A stretch of 64,000 nt of DNA, from contig CALXLS010000003.1 of the NCBI GenBank assembly GCA_944389265.1, positions 57,657 through 121,656 of the forward strand. Reading direction: 5' to 3'. Below are positions 44,458 to 53,972 of the stretch, one piece after another (within the stretch, counting starts at the first letter, position 1; the number at the start of each line of letters is the position of its first letter). The stretch comes from an uncultured Alphaproteobacteria bacterium (GTDB taxonomy: Bacteria > Pseudomonadota > Alphaproteobacteria > Rs-D84). The notes beneath the pieces are model-generated. The model was not told where the DNA came from, did not search any database, and worked only from the letters and a program-made list of their open reading frames with translations. A program made the translations under genes and the position numbers.

Positions 44458-46290
44458 ATGAAAATTCGTAATATTGCAATAATTGCGCACGTTGACCACG
44501 GCAAAACCACTTTGGTTGACAATATGTTAAAACAAGCGGGTACATTCCGCGATAATGAAAAAGTTGCCGAACGCGTTATGGACAGCGGTGATATTGAACG
44601 AGAACGCGGTATTACGATTTCTGCAAAACCCACATCTATTTTATGGAACGGATATAAAATTAACATTGTAGACACCCCAGGGCACGCAGATTTTGGTGGT
44701 GAAGTAGAACGTATTTTATCTATGGTAGACGGTGTGGTATTATTGGTTGATTCTGCCGAAGGTCCGCTTCCCCAGACGAAATTCGTATTATCAAAAGCAT
44801 TAAAATTAGGGCTGCGCCCAATTGTTTGCATAAACAAAGTAGACCGCGCAGACGCACGTCCTGATGAGGTATTAACAGAAACATTTGATTTATTTGATAA
44901 ATTAGGTGCAACGGATTCTCAATTAGATTTCCCATATTTATATGCGGTTGGTCGTGATGGTTGGGCAGTTCGTGATTTAAATGATGAACACAAAGATTTA
45001 ACACCACTATTTCAATTAATAATAGACCACGTACCTGCACCAGATTGTAATGGTACCCGTTGTCAATTAGATGCTCCATTTAAAATGCTGGCAACAACAC
45101 TAGAAGCAGACCCATATGTTGGCAGAATTCTAACTGGTAAAATAGAATCAGGAACAGTAAAAGTTGGTCAATCTGTCAAAGCAATAAATATGAAAGGTGA
45201 ATTCATAGAAAATGCTAAAATAACAAAGATTATCGAACATCGTGGTGTTGAAAAAGTATCATTAGATTCTGCATCTGCGGGTGACATTGTTGTTGTTGCA
45301 GGTTTTTCAAAAGCAACTGTGGCAGATACACTATGCGCACCAGAAGTGACAGAACCAATACCAGCGATGCCGATAGACCCACCTACTCTAACTATGACAT
45401 TCTTTGTAAACACGTCACCACTTGCTGGTAAATCAGGTAAAAAACTAACATCACGTATGATTGGTGAAAGATTGTTCAAAGAAGCGGAAACGAATATTGC
45501 ATTACGCGTCACCCAAAGTGAAAACAATGAAGCATTTGAAGTATCTGGTCGTGGGGAATTGCAACTAGGTATTCTGATTGAAACAATGCGTCGTGAAGGC
45601 TTTGAACTATCCGTATCTCGTCCACGCGTAGTTATGCAAGAAGGCGAAAACGGTGAAAAGTTAGAACCTATTGAAGAAGTTGTAATTGATGTAGATGACG
45701 AATTCAGCGGTATTGTGATTGAAAAGATGACAAAACGTAAAGCAACTATCTCGGAAATGAAGGCATCAGGCAACGGAAAAACTCGCATAGTCTTTTCTGC
45801 TCCATCTCGCGGTCTTATCGGATATTTATCAGAATTCCGCACAGATACCAGAGGTACAGGTATTATGAACCGCGTCTTTTCAGGATACGAACCATATCGT
45901 GGTCCAATCATGCAATATCGCCCAGGTGTATTAGTATCTATGGAAAACGGTACTGCTGCAACATACGCATTATTTAACTTGCAACCACGTGGTACATTAT
46001 TTATCGGGCCTCAAACAGAAGTCTATTCTGGTATGATTATCGGTGAACATAGTAAAGAAAACGATTTGGAAGTAAATCCGATAAAAGGTAAAGAATTAAC
46101 AAATATGCGTTCTGTGACTGCGGATGAAAAGTTATTTTTGGCCCCTCCTCGCAAAATGTCTTTGGAAGAAGCACTATCATATATTCAAGACGACGAACTA
46201 GTAGAAGTCACACCTGCTACAATTCGTTTACGCAAGAAAGAATTAGATAGCAACATTCGCAAAAAAACAAGAAAGAATGTCGAAGAATAA
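44458..46290 (+). CDS. typA: Translational GTPase TypA/BipA
   Basis: IRNIAIIAHVDHGKTTLVD G1 motif, DTPGHADFGGEVER, NKVDR, and the BipA-specific C-terminal domain. ATG at 44458 (the track starts at the TTG at 44455). Confidence 0.95.
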   Translation: MKIRNIAIIAHVDHGKTTLVDNMLKQAGTFRDNEKVAERVMDSGDIERERGITISAKPTSILWNGYKINIVDTPGHADFGGEVERILSMVDGVVLLVDSAEGPLPQTKFVLSKALKLGLRPIVCINKVDRADARPDEVLTETFDLFDKLGATDSQLDFPYLYAVGRDGWAVRDLNDEHKDLTPLFQLIIDHVPAPDCNGTRCQLDAPFKMLATTLEADPYVGRILTGKIESGTVKVGQSVKAINMKGEFIENAKITKIIEHRGVEKVSLDSASAGDIVVVAGFSKATVADTLCAPEVTEPIPAMPIDPPTLTMTFFVNTSPLAGKSGKKLTSRMIGERLFKEAETNIALRVTQSENNEAFEVSGRGELQLGILIETMRREGFELSVSRPRVVMQEGENGEKLEPIEEVVIDVDDEFSGIVIEKMTKRKATISEMKASGNGKTRIVFSAPSRGLIGYLSEFRTDTRGTGIMNRVFSGYEPYRGPIMQYRPGVLVSMENGTAATYALFNLQPRGTLFIGPQTEVYSGMIIGEHSKENDLEVNPIKGKELTNMRSVTADEKLFLAPPRKMSLEEALSYIQDDELVEVTPATIRLRKKELDSNIRKKTRKNVEE

Positions 46291-47128
46291 ACGTTTATTC
46301 TTAATTGCAGGATACGATACACAAAATATAGCAGATGAATCGCTGCTATATTTAGTGCAAAGCATGGCGAAATGCGGTGATGTAATTTTATTCATGGACA
46401 GTGATTGCGACAAGAACCAACTTTCAAAGTTTGGTTCTTTTTGCATTTACGTGGATGCGGCGCGTCACGGGGAATACGATTTCGGTTCTTATAAACGCGC
46501 ATATCAATATGCAAAAGAAAACGACATATTAAATAATTACGAGTTTTTATATTTAATAAATGATTCTGTATATGGTCCTCTCTATGACATAGAACCATAT
46601 TTAGAGGAAATGGAATCAAAAGGAACAGACGCTTTTGGTTTAGTATGTAATCCGCACCCAGAACATCCTCATATACAATCCTGGTTCATAGGAATGCAAA
46701 AATCAGTATTTCTAAGTTCTTGGTTTGATGAGTTTATATTATCAGTAAAAAAGTTATCAGATAAAGGTAGTATTACAAAATTATATGAGCATGGTTTTTC
46801 AAAACTTATTACTACCAACAGATTAAAATGGACATGCTTATATCAAGTATCTGGTCGTGGCATATATAATGACATAAAAAAATTATATAAACAAAAACTT
46901 CCATTTATAAAGAAAGCAGCATTTAAAAGACACAATGGAAGTCTTGGTCGACAAATAAATTATGTATTAAGTCATACATCAAAGGATATTACATCAGCAA
47001 TTTTATTAAATGCAGAACGTACATATGGCAAAGAATATATAAACTGGCTTTTAACAAAAAATCCTATTAAGATATTACATAGGAACATAAAATACGCTAT
47101 TCACAAAATATTTACAGAGGGCCTATGA
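46277..47128 (+). CDS. Rhamnan-synthesis-F (RgpF)-family polysaccharide biosynthesis protein
   Basis: 283 aa. HGEYDFGSYK, LINDSVYGPL and HIQSWFIG match the RgpF pattern (N.GYDFG.WK / NDS..GP / H.QSYF). The start overlaps the typA 3' end by 14 nt. Confidence 0.72.
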   Translation: MSKNKRLFLIAGYDTQNIADESLLYLVQSMAKCGDVILFMDSDCDKNQLSKFGSFCIYVDAARHGEYDFGSYKRAYQYAKENDILNNYEFLYLINDSVYGPLYDIEPYLEEMESKGTDAFGLVCNPHPEHPHIQSWFIGMQKSVFLSSWFDEFILSVKKLSDKGSITKLYEHGFSKLITTNRLKWTCLYQVSGRGIYNDIKKLYKQKLPFIKKAAFKRHNGSLGRQINYVLSHTSKDITSAILLNAERTYGKEYINWLLTKNPIKILHRNIKYAIHKIFTEGL

Positions 47129-47973
47129 AAAACAAAAAAACAAATATAAAAAGAATTGCTGCTATAACAATGGCTCGCAACGATGAGTTTTTTCTAAACC
47201 GCTGGATTTCATATTATGGCAAAGAACTAGGCGAAGAAAATTTATATATATATTTAGATGGTCTTGAACAAAAAACGCCCAGCAAGGCAGGAAAAGCAAA
47301 CATAAAAAAATTGCCACACAAAGAAGAAGCCGTACAACGTGGTGACAAAACAAGAATTCTATTACTTTCAAGTTTAGCCAATGAACTATTTAAAAAAGGC
47401 TATGACATTGTAATCGGTTGCGATTGTGATGAATTTTTAATTGTCGATCCAGATTTAAAAACATCGTTAAAAGAATATTTATCTAAAAAAGACACCATCT
47501 TCTATTCTCTATCCGGTCTGGGACTAGATGTTGGACAAGATTTAAAAACAGAATCTGCATTAAAAATGGAAGTCCCTTTTTTAACTCAGCGTAAGTATGC
47601 GTTACTATCAACAAGATACACAAAACCAGTTGTAATGTTAAAGCCTGCAACATGGGGCAGTGGTTTTCATAGTATCAAGGGGCATAACTTCCATATTGAT
47701 AAAAACCTATATTTACTTCACTTTGGCAGTGTAGATTTAGATATGATAAAAAATAAAATTGGTGACCGTAATCCGTCATGGGAAAAGCATTTAAAGAAAC
47801 GTGCACGCACAATTGATATAATAACTAATGCAAAAAATAAAAATAAATCACCAAACATTGCGCGCACGCTACAGACCTTGCTACGTCCTATATACGACAT
47901 GAATAAGCCTGCAATGCTTGGTCTAAAATGGGTAACAACTATTCCGAAAAGATTTAAAAATTTAGGCATATAA
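47125..47973 (+). CDS. Glycosyltransferase (GT2-like, Glyco_tranf_2_4-type)
   Basis: 282 aa. IAAITMARNDEFFLNRWISYYGKELG...IYLDG and a CDCDEF acidic motif. 4-nt overlap with the upstream gene. Confidence 0.68.
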   Translation: MKNKKTNIKRIAAITMARNDEFFLNRWISYYGKELGEENLYIYLDGLEQKTPSKAGKANIKKLPHKEEAVQRGDKTRILLLSSLANELFKKGYDIVIGCDCDEFLIVDPDLKTSLKEYLSKKDTIFYSLSGLGLDVGQDLKTESALKMEVPFLTQRKYALLSTRYTKPVVMLKPATWGSGFHSIKGHNFHIDKNLYLLHFGSVDLDMIKNKIGDRNPSWEKHLKKRARTIDIITNAKNKNKSPNIARTLQTLLRPIYDMNKPAMLGLKWVTTIPKRFKNLGI

Positions 47974-47976
47974 AAA

Positions 47977-47993
47977 ACTGCGTTAATCGCAGT
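47977..47993. terminator. Bidirectional terminator between convergent glycosyltransferase genes
   Basis: AAAAAACTGCG-ttaat-CGCAGTTTTTT. Confidence 0.7.
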
Positions 47994-47996
47994 TTT

Positions 47997-49025
47997 TTAT
48001 ATATTTTTATTTATAAATTTTATTATTTTTCTTCGATATTTTCTAGCACGTAAAGTTGGCGTTTTATCAAACACTCCTTGCTTGTACAGATTTTCAAAAG
48101 CACGTTGTGCAACCGCAACATCAAGTTTATTATCTAACTCTTTTACTTTACGCATCGCAATAATAGTAAAGGGCCATAAAAACTCTCTATTAAAATGTTT
48201 AAATTCACGATCCGAAGCATATGCAGAATAAAGACTATATACATATTCTATACCAGTTGCGATAGACTCTATCATACGCAAAGCCTTGGAACTATTAAGA
48301 ATAGAAGAAACGTTTGGCATATAGAAATATAATGGTAAGTTCGTCATAATCGTCTTTGGTCTACGCAACATTATGGCAGACCACCATGGAAAATCCTCCA
48401 TGATAATACCACGAATAAAAGGTACTTCTGCAATCAAACTTTTACGATACAATGCCAGCACTGGATAACAATGTCTGCGCACAGGATGGAACACACGCAA
48501 GGTTCTTTTTCTTTCGGTACTATGGAAAAGTATATTTTCTGTACCATACGATTTTATTCTATTTCGTTTATAAATAACATTTCTAGATTCAGGTAAAAAA
48601 TTTGACACATCTTCTTTATTACGAATTTTCTTACTCATAAATTCATGAAACCGCGTATCAAATTTAAACAAAATCATATCGGAATTTTTATCTTCTGCCA
48701 AAGCAGTTAAAATTTCTAACGTCTGAACATGAATAAAATCATCGCTATCCAAGAAAAAAATAAACTCTCCTTTTGCAGCATTAACCCCGACATTTCTAGC
48801 ATTCGAAATTCCGCCATTTTCTTTATTTATAATTTTGAATCGCGAATCAATTGCTGCATATTCTTTTAATATTTTATCACAGTCATCAGGACTTCCATCA
48901 TTTACGCAAATCGCTTCCCAGTCAGTAAAAGTCTGATTCAAAACACTATCCAAGCATCTACGTAAATATTTTTCTACGTTATATATAGGTATTACGAAAG
49001 AAACTAATGGTTTTCTACCTGGCAT
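47997..49025 (-). CDS. Family 2 glycosyltransferase (copy B)
   Basis: 342 aa. VSFVIPIYNVEKYLRRCLDSVLNQTF, NDGSPD and LDSDD. Confidence 0.85.
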   Translation of the reverse strand: MPGRKPLVSFVIPIYNVEKYLRRCLDSVLNQTFTDWEAICVNDGSPDDCDKILKEYAAIDSRFKIINKENGGISNARNVGVNAAKGEFIFFLDSDDFIHVQTLEILTALAEDKNSDMILFKFDTRFHEFMSKKIRNKEDVSNFLPESRNVIYKRNRIKSYGTENILFHSTERKRTLRVFHPVRRHCYPVLALYRKSLIAEVPFIRGIIMEDFPWWSAIMLRRPKTIMTNLPLYFYMPNVSSILNSSKALRMIESIATGIEYVYSLYSAYASDREFKHFNREFLWPFTIIAMRKVKELDNKLDVAVAQRAFENLYKQGVFDKTPTLRARKYRRKIIKFINKNI

Positions 49026-50049
49026 TTGGACACATATCCTTTATAAACTTACGAATATCTGCATGTAATTGTTTAGCCCATTTAGCAGGTGGGTTATCTA
49101 AAGCGCCTATTTTTTCTAATTCACAGAAACGCTTTCTTGCAACTTCTAAATCAGCCTTATTATCCAAGTATTTTACTTTACGAAAAGCCCATTTTATAAA
49201 ATACCACTTAAATTTTTCGGACCACTGTTGCATTTGATAATCAGACGCTTTTTCTTTATATAAAAGATAAGCACTTTTTATACCTTCACATAAACTTTGT
49301 AATATGCGCAGTTGCTTTGCTGACAAAACAATACCACCAAAATTAGGCACATAGAAATATAACGGCAGCGCGCAAATTGTGACACGAGGATTTTTTAGCA
49401 TAACTGCAGACCACCAAGGAAAATCCTCAAATAAAATACCTTTAATAAATGGAGTATCTTCTATTAATTCGCGTTTATATAAATTCTTCCAAACCTGACA
49501 ATGCTTAATCAGCCATTTTTTATTACGCCGAAAAGCATTATGCGCTCTTTCAGTAGCATATGCATAAACATCATCTGTTATCAGGGTTGCTATTTGAGTA
49601 ACATCGTATTTTTTATTCATACGTCCTGGTACAACACTATCTGTATCCAAACCTAACTTATATCTAACCATAAGTTGAGGTCTATAAATACGGTCATAAG
49701 TAAAGGACACGATATCTGAATTATCGCGTTTTGCCAGATAATGTGTTATTTCCAAAGTTTGTGGATGTATAAAATCGTCACTATCCAGATATAAGATATA
49801 TTCGCCTTTTGCGACTTGCATACCTGCATTTCTAGCATCAGACAAGCCACCATTTTCTTTATTTACAATTTTAAACCTATCATCTTTTGCAGCATATTCA
49901 GATAAAATAGCGGCAGACCCATCAGGACTGCCGTCATTTACACAAATTGCTTCCCAATCTGAGAAAGTCTGATTTAAAACGCTATCCAGACATCTACGTA
50001 AATATTTTTCTACATTATATATAGGTATTATGACCGACACTGCTGGCAT
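49015..50049 (-). CDS. Family 2 glycosyltransferase (copy A)
   Basis: 344 aa. VSVIIPIYNVEKYLRRCLDSVLNQTF, NDGSPD and LDSDD. Collinear with copy B along its whole length. Confidence 0.85.
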   Translation of the reverse strand: MPAVSVIIPIYNVEKYLRRCLDSVLNQTFSDWEAICVNDGSPDGSAAILSEYAAKDDRFKIVNKENGGLSDARNAGMQVAKGEYILYLDSDDFIHPQTLEITHYLAKRDNSDIVSFTYDRIYRPQLMVRYKLGLDTDSVVPGRMNKKYDVTQIATLITDDVYAYATERAHNAFRRNKKWLIKHCQVWKNLYKRELIEDTPFIKGILFEDFPWWSAVMLKNPRVTICALPLYFYVPNFGGIVLSAKQLRILQSLCEGIKSAYLLYKEKASDYQMQQWSEKFKWYFIKWAFRKVKYLDNKADLEVARKRFCELEKIGALDNPPAKWAKQLHADIRKFIKDMCPNAR

Positions 50050-50063
50050 AAAAGCCTCCCTTA

Positions 50064-50972
50064 TTAGTCTTTATACATTTTATTTATCATAACATCTGCA
50101 TAACTACCTGGTACGGGGTTGTCTGCACCACGATAAGTTAATTTCTGAAAAAATGCACCAGATGTGACTTCATCAAAAGTTTTCTGATTAAAAGGTTTAT
50201 TCTGATACGACCACCATAACATATGAGTTGGGTCTTGGTCCACATGCGGCATTTTCGCAAAATATTTTTTTGCACGTTCATCATTTAAGACCAAAGTCTT
50301 AAACAGCAATTGATGCATAAAGTAGTCAAAATTATGATTTTCGTGCATCCAATAATCCAAAATCATTGCACGCCAAGCGTCTAACAAATAAGCACCTTTT
50401 CTACTACGGATAAAACAATTCTGCATAAAACTATAAGGGCTTCCTACATTTTGTCCCGCAAGATATACAAAGAAATCTTCTTTTACAATCCAGTCTGGAA
50501 TAGGACCTGTTGCGAACCCCGTTGAATCCAACCAGAAACCACCATAATTGTATAGCAGTTCAACACGACAAATATCCGCAAAATGAGCATTTTTAATCAT
50601 ACCCTTTCTGCGTTTTTCCATAATGACATCTGGCAGTTTAATATAATCAAACAATGTCTTTTCATCCAAGACCACTAATTCCTGTTTACAATTTTTACGC
50701 ACACTTCTATAACAAGCCTTAACTAAATCAGGTGCATTTTCTTCACCTTGCAGCCAAATTGTAAAAATCTTTTCGTTTTTATCGTCTTTTATAACTTTAC
50801 GTTCTTCTATTGCTGCGGCAGCGGGCAAATAGCGTTTGAAATATCTTGGTATAATTTTTGAAATAACATCACTACGAACCGCACGACGAGTATTTCTATC
50901 ACGCCAAAACCAATTCAAAATATGTCCTCGTAAAATAACATCAGACACAGCTATTGCCTTTGCCAAATTCAT
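50064..50972 (-). CDS. Capsular-polysaccharide-synthesis / GT32-like glycosyltransferase
   Basis: IWLQGEENAP...HFADICRVELLYNYGGFWLDSTGF resembles the Caps_synth/Gly_transf_sug pattern. I prefer the ATG at 50972; the track start at 51011 would overlap the recA 3' end. Confidence 0.68.
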   Translation of the reverse strand: MNLAKAIAVSDVILRGHILNWFWRDRNTRRAVRSDVISKIIPRYFKRYLPAAAAIEERKVIKDDKNEKIFTIWLQGEENAPDLVKACYRSVRKNCKQELVVLDEKTLFDYIKLPDVIMEKRRKGMIKNAHFADICRVELLYNYGGFWLDSTGFATGPIPDWIVKEDFFVYLAGQNVGSPYSFMQNCFIRSRKGAYLLDAWRAMILDYWMHENHNFDYFMHQLLFKTLVLNDERAKKYFAKMPHVDQDPTHMLWWSYQNKPFNQKTFDEVTSGAFFQKLTYRGADNPVPGSYADVMINKMYKD

Positions 50973-50982
50973 ACTTTCACCT

Positions 50983-52071
50983 TTATTCTTCAACCACGTC
51001 TGTAGAAACAATATCTACATCGTCATCTACAGGTCCAGTTGTCATTTCTTCTGCGATACCGCTAGCACGAGCCATTATCTTATCTAACAACTCTTTCTGA
51101 GCATCTTCATGGTCTTTCAACCATTGCCGCGCATTTGCTTCACCCTGCCCCATACGTTCATTGTTATAAGAATAAAAACTTCCTGCTTTTTCTATTAAAT
51201 CATATTTAACACCCATGTCCAGTATTTCACTAATTCTTGAAATACCTTCGCCATACATAATTTTAAAATCGACTGTACGGAAAGGTGGTGCAACTTTATT
51301 TTTTACAATTTTAACGCGCGTTTCATTTCCGATAATATTTTCTTTCTCTTTAATCTGCCCTGTACGACGGATATCAAGACGTACAGACGCATAGAACTTT
51401 AACGCGTTACCACCAGATGTAGTTTCAGGATTACCAAACATAACACCTATTTTCATACGAATCTGATTAATAAAGATTAACAAAGTATTACTACGTGAAA
51501 CACTACCCGCCAACTTTTTCAGAGATTGACTCATAAGACGCGCCGTTGTTCCGACAAAGGAATCACCGATATTACCTTCTAATTCTGCTTTGGGTACCAA
51601 TGCAGCAACCGAATCGATAACAACAACATCAACCGCACCAGACTTAATTAAAGTATCTGCAATTTCCAAAGCCTGTTCACCAGAATCTGGTTGAGAAATA
51701 ATTAAATTCGCAACATCAACACCTAATTTTTTTGCGTACGATGGGTCAAGCGCATTTTCTGCATCAATATAAGCGCATGTACCACCTTTTTTCTGTGCTT
51801 CTGCAACAGCATGCAACGCCAAAGTTGTTTTACCAGAGCTTTCTGGTCCATAAATTTCAACAATGCGTCCACGTGGATAACCACCAATTCCCAACGCAAT
51901 ATCCAAGCCCAATGAACCAGATGAAATTGCTTCTATATTTTGCTGACTGCCATCCCCCATTTTCATAATGGCTTCTTTACCAAACTGCTTTTGAATTTGT
52001 GCCAATGCCGATTCCAACGCTGGATTTTTTGCTGGTGCACCCGTTTCTTTTGCTACTTCTTTTTTTGCCAT
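50983..52071 (-). CDS. recA: Recombinase RecA
   Basis: 362 aa. GPESSGKTT Walker [38 protein letters not shown]. Confidence 0.98.
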   Translation of the reverse strand: MAKKEVAKETGAPAKNPALESALAQIQKQFGKEAIMKMGDGSQQNIEAISSGSLGLDIALGIGGYPRGRIVEIYGPESSGKTTLALHAVAEAQKKGGTCAYIDAENALDPSYAKKLGVDVANLIISQPDSGEQALEIADTLIKSGAVDVVVIDSVAALVPKAELEGNIGDSFVGTTARLMSQSLKKLAGSVSRSNTLLIFINQIRMKIGVMFGNPETTSGGNALKFYASVRLDIRRTGQIKEKENIIGNETRVKIVKNKVAPPFRTVDFKIMYGEGISRISEILDMGVKYDLIEKAGSFYSYNNERMGQGEANARQWLKDHEDAQKELLDKIMARASGIAEEMTTGPVDDDVDIVSTDVVEE

Positions 52072-52158
52072 AAAATTCCCCTTTTCTTTTGCATAGAATG
52101 ATACAAAGAATCACACCGTCACGCAACGAAAATAAGCAAAAGCATATAAAACACTAAA

Positions 52159-53343
52159 TTATTTTTTTGACAACAAAATCAAAGCAGACAACGCACCTAT
52201 TACAGCGGTCACAATCCAAACCGCGGACGTTCCCCCAAACGCGGTAATGCATGCCGCGCCAAGTATCGGTGCAACAACATTGGGCAAATTCACACTAGTT
52301 CTAAACACACCATAAAACTTCGTCTGTTCCGTTTTTTTAGCAGTATCAAAGAATAACAAATCGTGAACAGACTCCATTAAAGCACCCGAGACTTGCCAAA
52401 CAACAAAAATTGCAAGTAAGGGGAATCCCGTCACAAAAGTTGCCAGCGCAGAAAAAACAGCAAAAGAAACAAAACCTATCATCAGCCAAAGTTTTTTCCC
52501 GTACTTTCTAACTAAAATTGCCATTAATTCAGACAAGAACAAATAAGGTATAATACCCAAAGTTAATACCCAGCCCAAAACATCTTTTGAAAAACCATTT
52601 TCAATAACAACAATTGGCACATATAAGTACCGCATTGCACGCAAAGAATAATAGCCAAAGTTAACCGCATATGCACGCGCCATACCAGGACGCGCAAAAA
52701 ATTGTAATGAATTTTTCCACAGCGCTTTAAAAGTTTTTCGTGGGTCAACGGGGCTTATTTTTTTATCCTCTTGCACTATATGAAAATACCTGAAAAAGAA
52801 CCAACCAGCCAAATAAATTATAGCAGACGCAAAGAATGCCGCCCTATTATTAAAATGATTTGCGATTGCAACTGCAATTGTTGGTGCAAACAGAGCACCG
52901 ATATTTAGCCACAAATGATAACGCGAATTTAATTTAGCCATTCCGATATTTTTTGAAAAATCGGACATAAATAAAGGAATTAACACCCCTACCAGAGTAA
53001 TTGCTATACCAGTTGTATAATCCAAAATAATAAAGGTGCTTGTTCTTATAGAAAAACTCATCATCGCATAGCAAACGGCCAGCATCATCATAACGAAGTA
53101 AAAAACTTTTACTTTTGAAAAGCGTCTAAACAACTCATTTGCGAAAAGCCCGACTATCATACAGAAAGCAGCATATATAGCGACATAAATACCGACAACG
53201 GCAGAATTTCTAAAAATTTCTAATAATACCAAAGAATATACAGCGTTATAAATACCATCTGCAAAACCAGTAAACAAACCAAGGTTTGCGAATGAAAACC
53301 CACTTACACCACTTTTAACAGAAATATACTTATCTTTTGCCAT
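52159..53343 (-). CDS. MFS-type transporter
   Basis: 394 aa with ~12 hydrophobic helices in a 6+6 arrangement around a central loop. Substrate not inferable. Confidence 0.75.
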   Translation of the reverse strand: MAKDKYISVKSGVSGFSFANLGLFTGFADGIYNAVYSLVLLEIFRNSAVVGIYVAIYAAFCMIVGLFANELFRRFSKVKVFYFVMMMLAVCYAMMSFSIRTSTFIILDYTTGIAITLVGVLIPLFMSDFSKNIGMAKLNSRYHLWLNIGALFAPTIAVAIANHFNNRAAFFASAIIYLAGWFFFRYFHIVQEDKKISPVDPRKTFKALWKNSLQFFARPGMARAYAVNFGYYSLRAMRYLYVPIVVIENGFSKDVLGWVLTLGIIPYLFLSELMAILVRKYGKKLWLMIGFVSFAVFSALATFVTGFPLLAIFVVWQVSGALMESVHDLLFFDTAKKTEQTKFYGVFRTSVNLPNVVAPILGAACITAFGGTSAVWIVTAVIGALSALILLSKK

Positions 53344-53398
53344 ATCTGGCGTATTTTATCATAAAAAGGTCAAAACACCAAATTCAAGACAAATAAAA

Positions 53399-53418
53399 AA
53401 TCCGCCTTTTGGCGGATT
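53399..53418 (-). terminator. Rho-independent terminator after secB
   Basis: Minus strand: AATCCGCC-aaaa-GGCGGATT followed by TTTTATTT. Confidence 0.75.
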
Positions 53419-53438
53419 TGGGAAAGAAAATATAAAAC

Positions 53439-53867
53439 TTATTTTTGAGCCTGTTTATCTTCATACAATTTTGCAAAATCAACAGGTTGCATAACGAATG
53501 TTGGGAAGCCAGATTCACTAGTCAATCTTGCAATCAAAGCACGAACAGATGGGAACAATAATGTTGGCACATCGATTAACAAAGTACGTTTTTTTGCTTC
53601 TTCGTCTTTTTCTTCGCCCATTTGAACCAAACCAGAGTAAGTAGATTCTATTAAGAATATGGACTTTTCCCCTGCTTCTAATTTTGAATGAACTTTTGTA
53701 ATCAAATCAACCATAAACAAATTGTTTTCAGCACCTTTGATTTGAATATCAATATTGATTTCTAATTTAGCCTGACCATTATCCTGCTTAAAGAACAATT
53801 CTGGTACATTTGGACTTTCGAAAGATATATCTTTCAAGAACTGAGATATGATTTTAAAATTAGCCAT
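53439..53867 (-). CDS. secB: Protein-export chaperone SecB
   Basis: Start reset to the ATG at 53867 (AGGAG upstream). FKIISQFLKDISFESPNVP and LLFPSVRALIARLTSESGFP. Confidence 0.9.
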   Translation of the reverse strand: MANFKIISQFLKDISFESPNVPELFFKQDNGQAKLEINIDIQIKGAENNLFMVDLITKVHSKLEAGEKSIFLIESTYSGLVQMGEEKDEEAKKRTLLIDVPTLLFPSVRALIARLTSESGFPTFVMQPVDFAKLYEDKQAQK

Positions 53868-53972
53868 TATATTTACTCCTTTTTGGCGGGATAAAAACCC
53901 ATCTGGACTTAACACCCCATTTTATGGTAATATAGCATTATAAAAGTATTTTACAAGTGGGGGGAATAATAA

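Larger units (their letters stand above)
47997..50049 (-). repeat. Tandem gene duplication (two paralogous GT2 genes)
   Basis: The DNA near both 5' ends is close to identical (...catctacgtaaatatttttctac[g/a]ttatatataggtatta... occurs at ~48955-49000 and ~49990-50035). The proteins are collinear, with the N-terminal ~100 aa most conserved. Confidence 0.8.

Noticed and set aside
47125-47160. The poly-A run (ATG AAA AAC AAA AAA ACA...) at the 5' end of the GT2-like gene, considered as a phase-variation tract
   Set aside because: A7 runs are common throughout this window, coding and non-coding alike. Without population or read heterogeneity data there is no basis for calling it phase variation.
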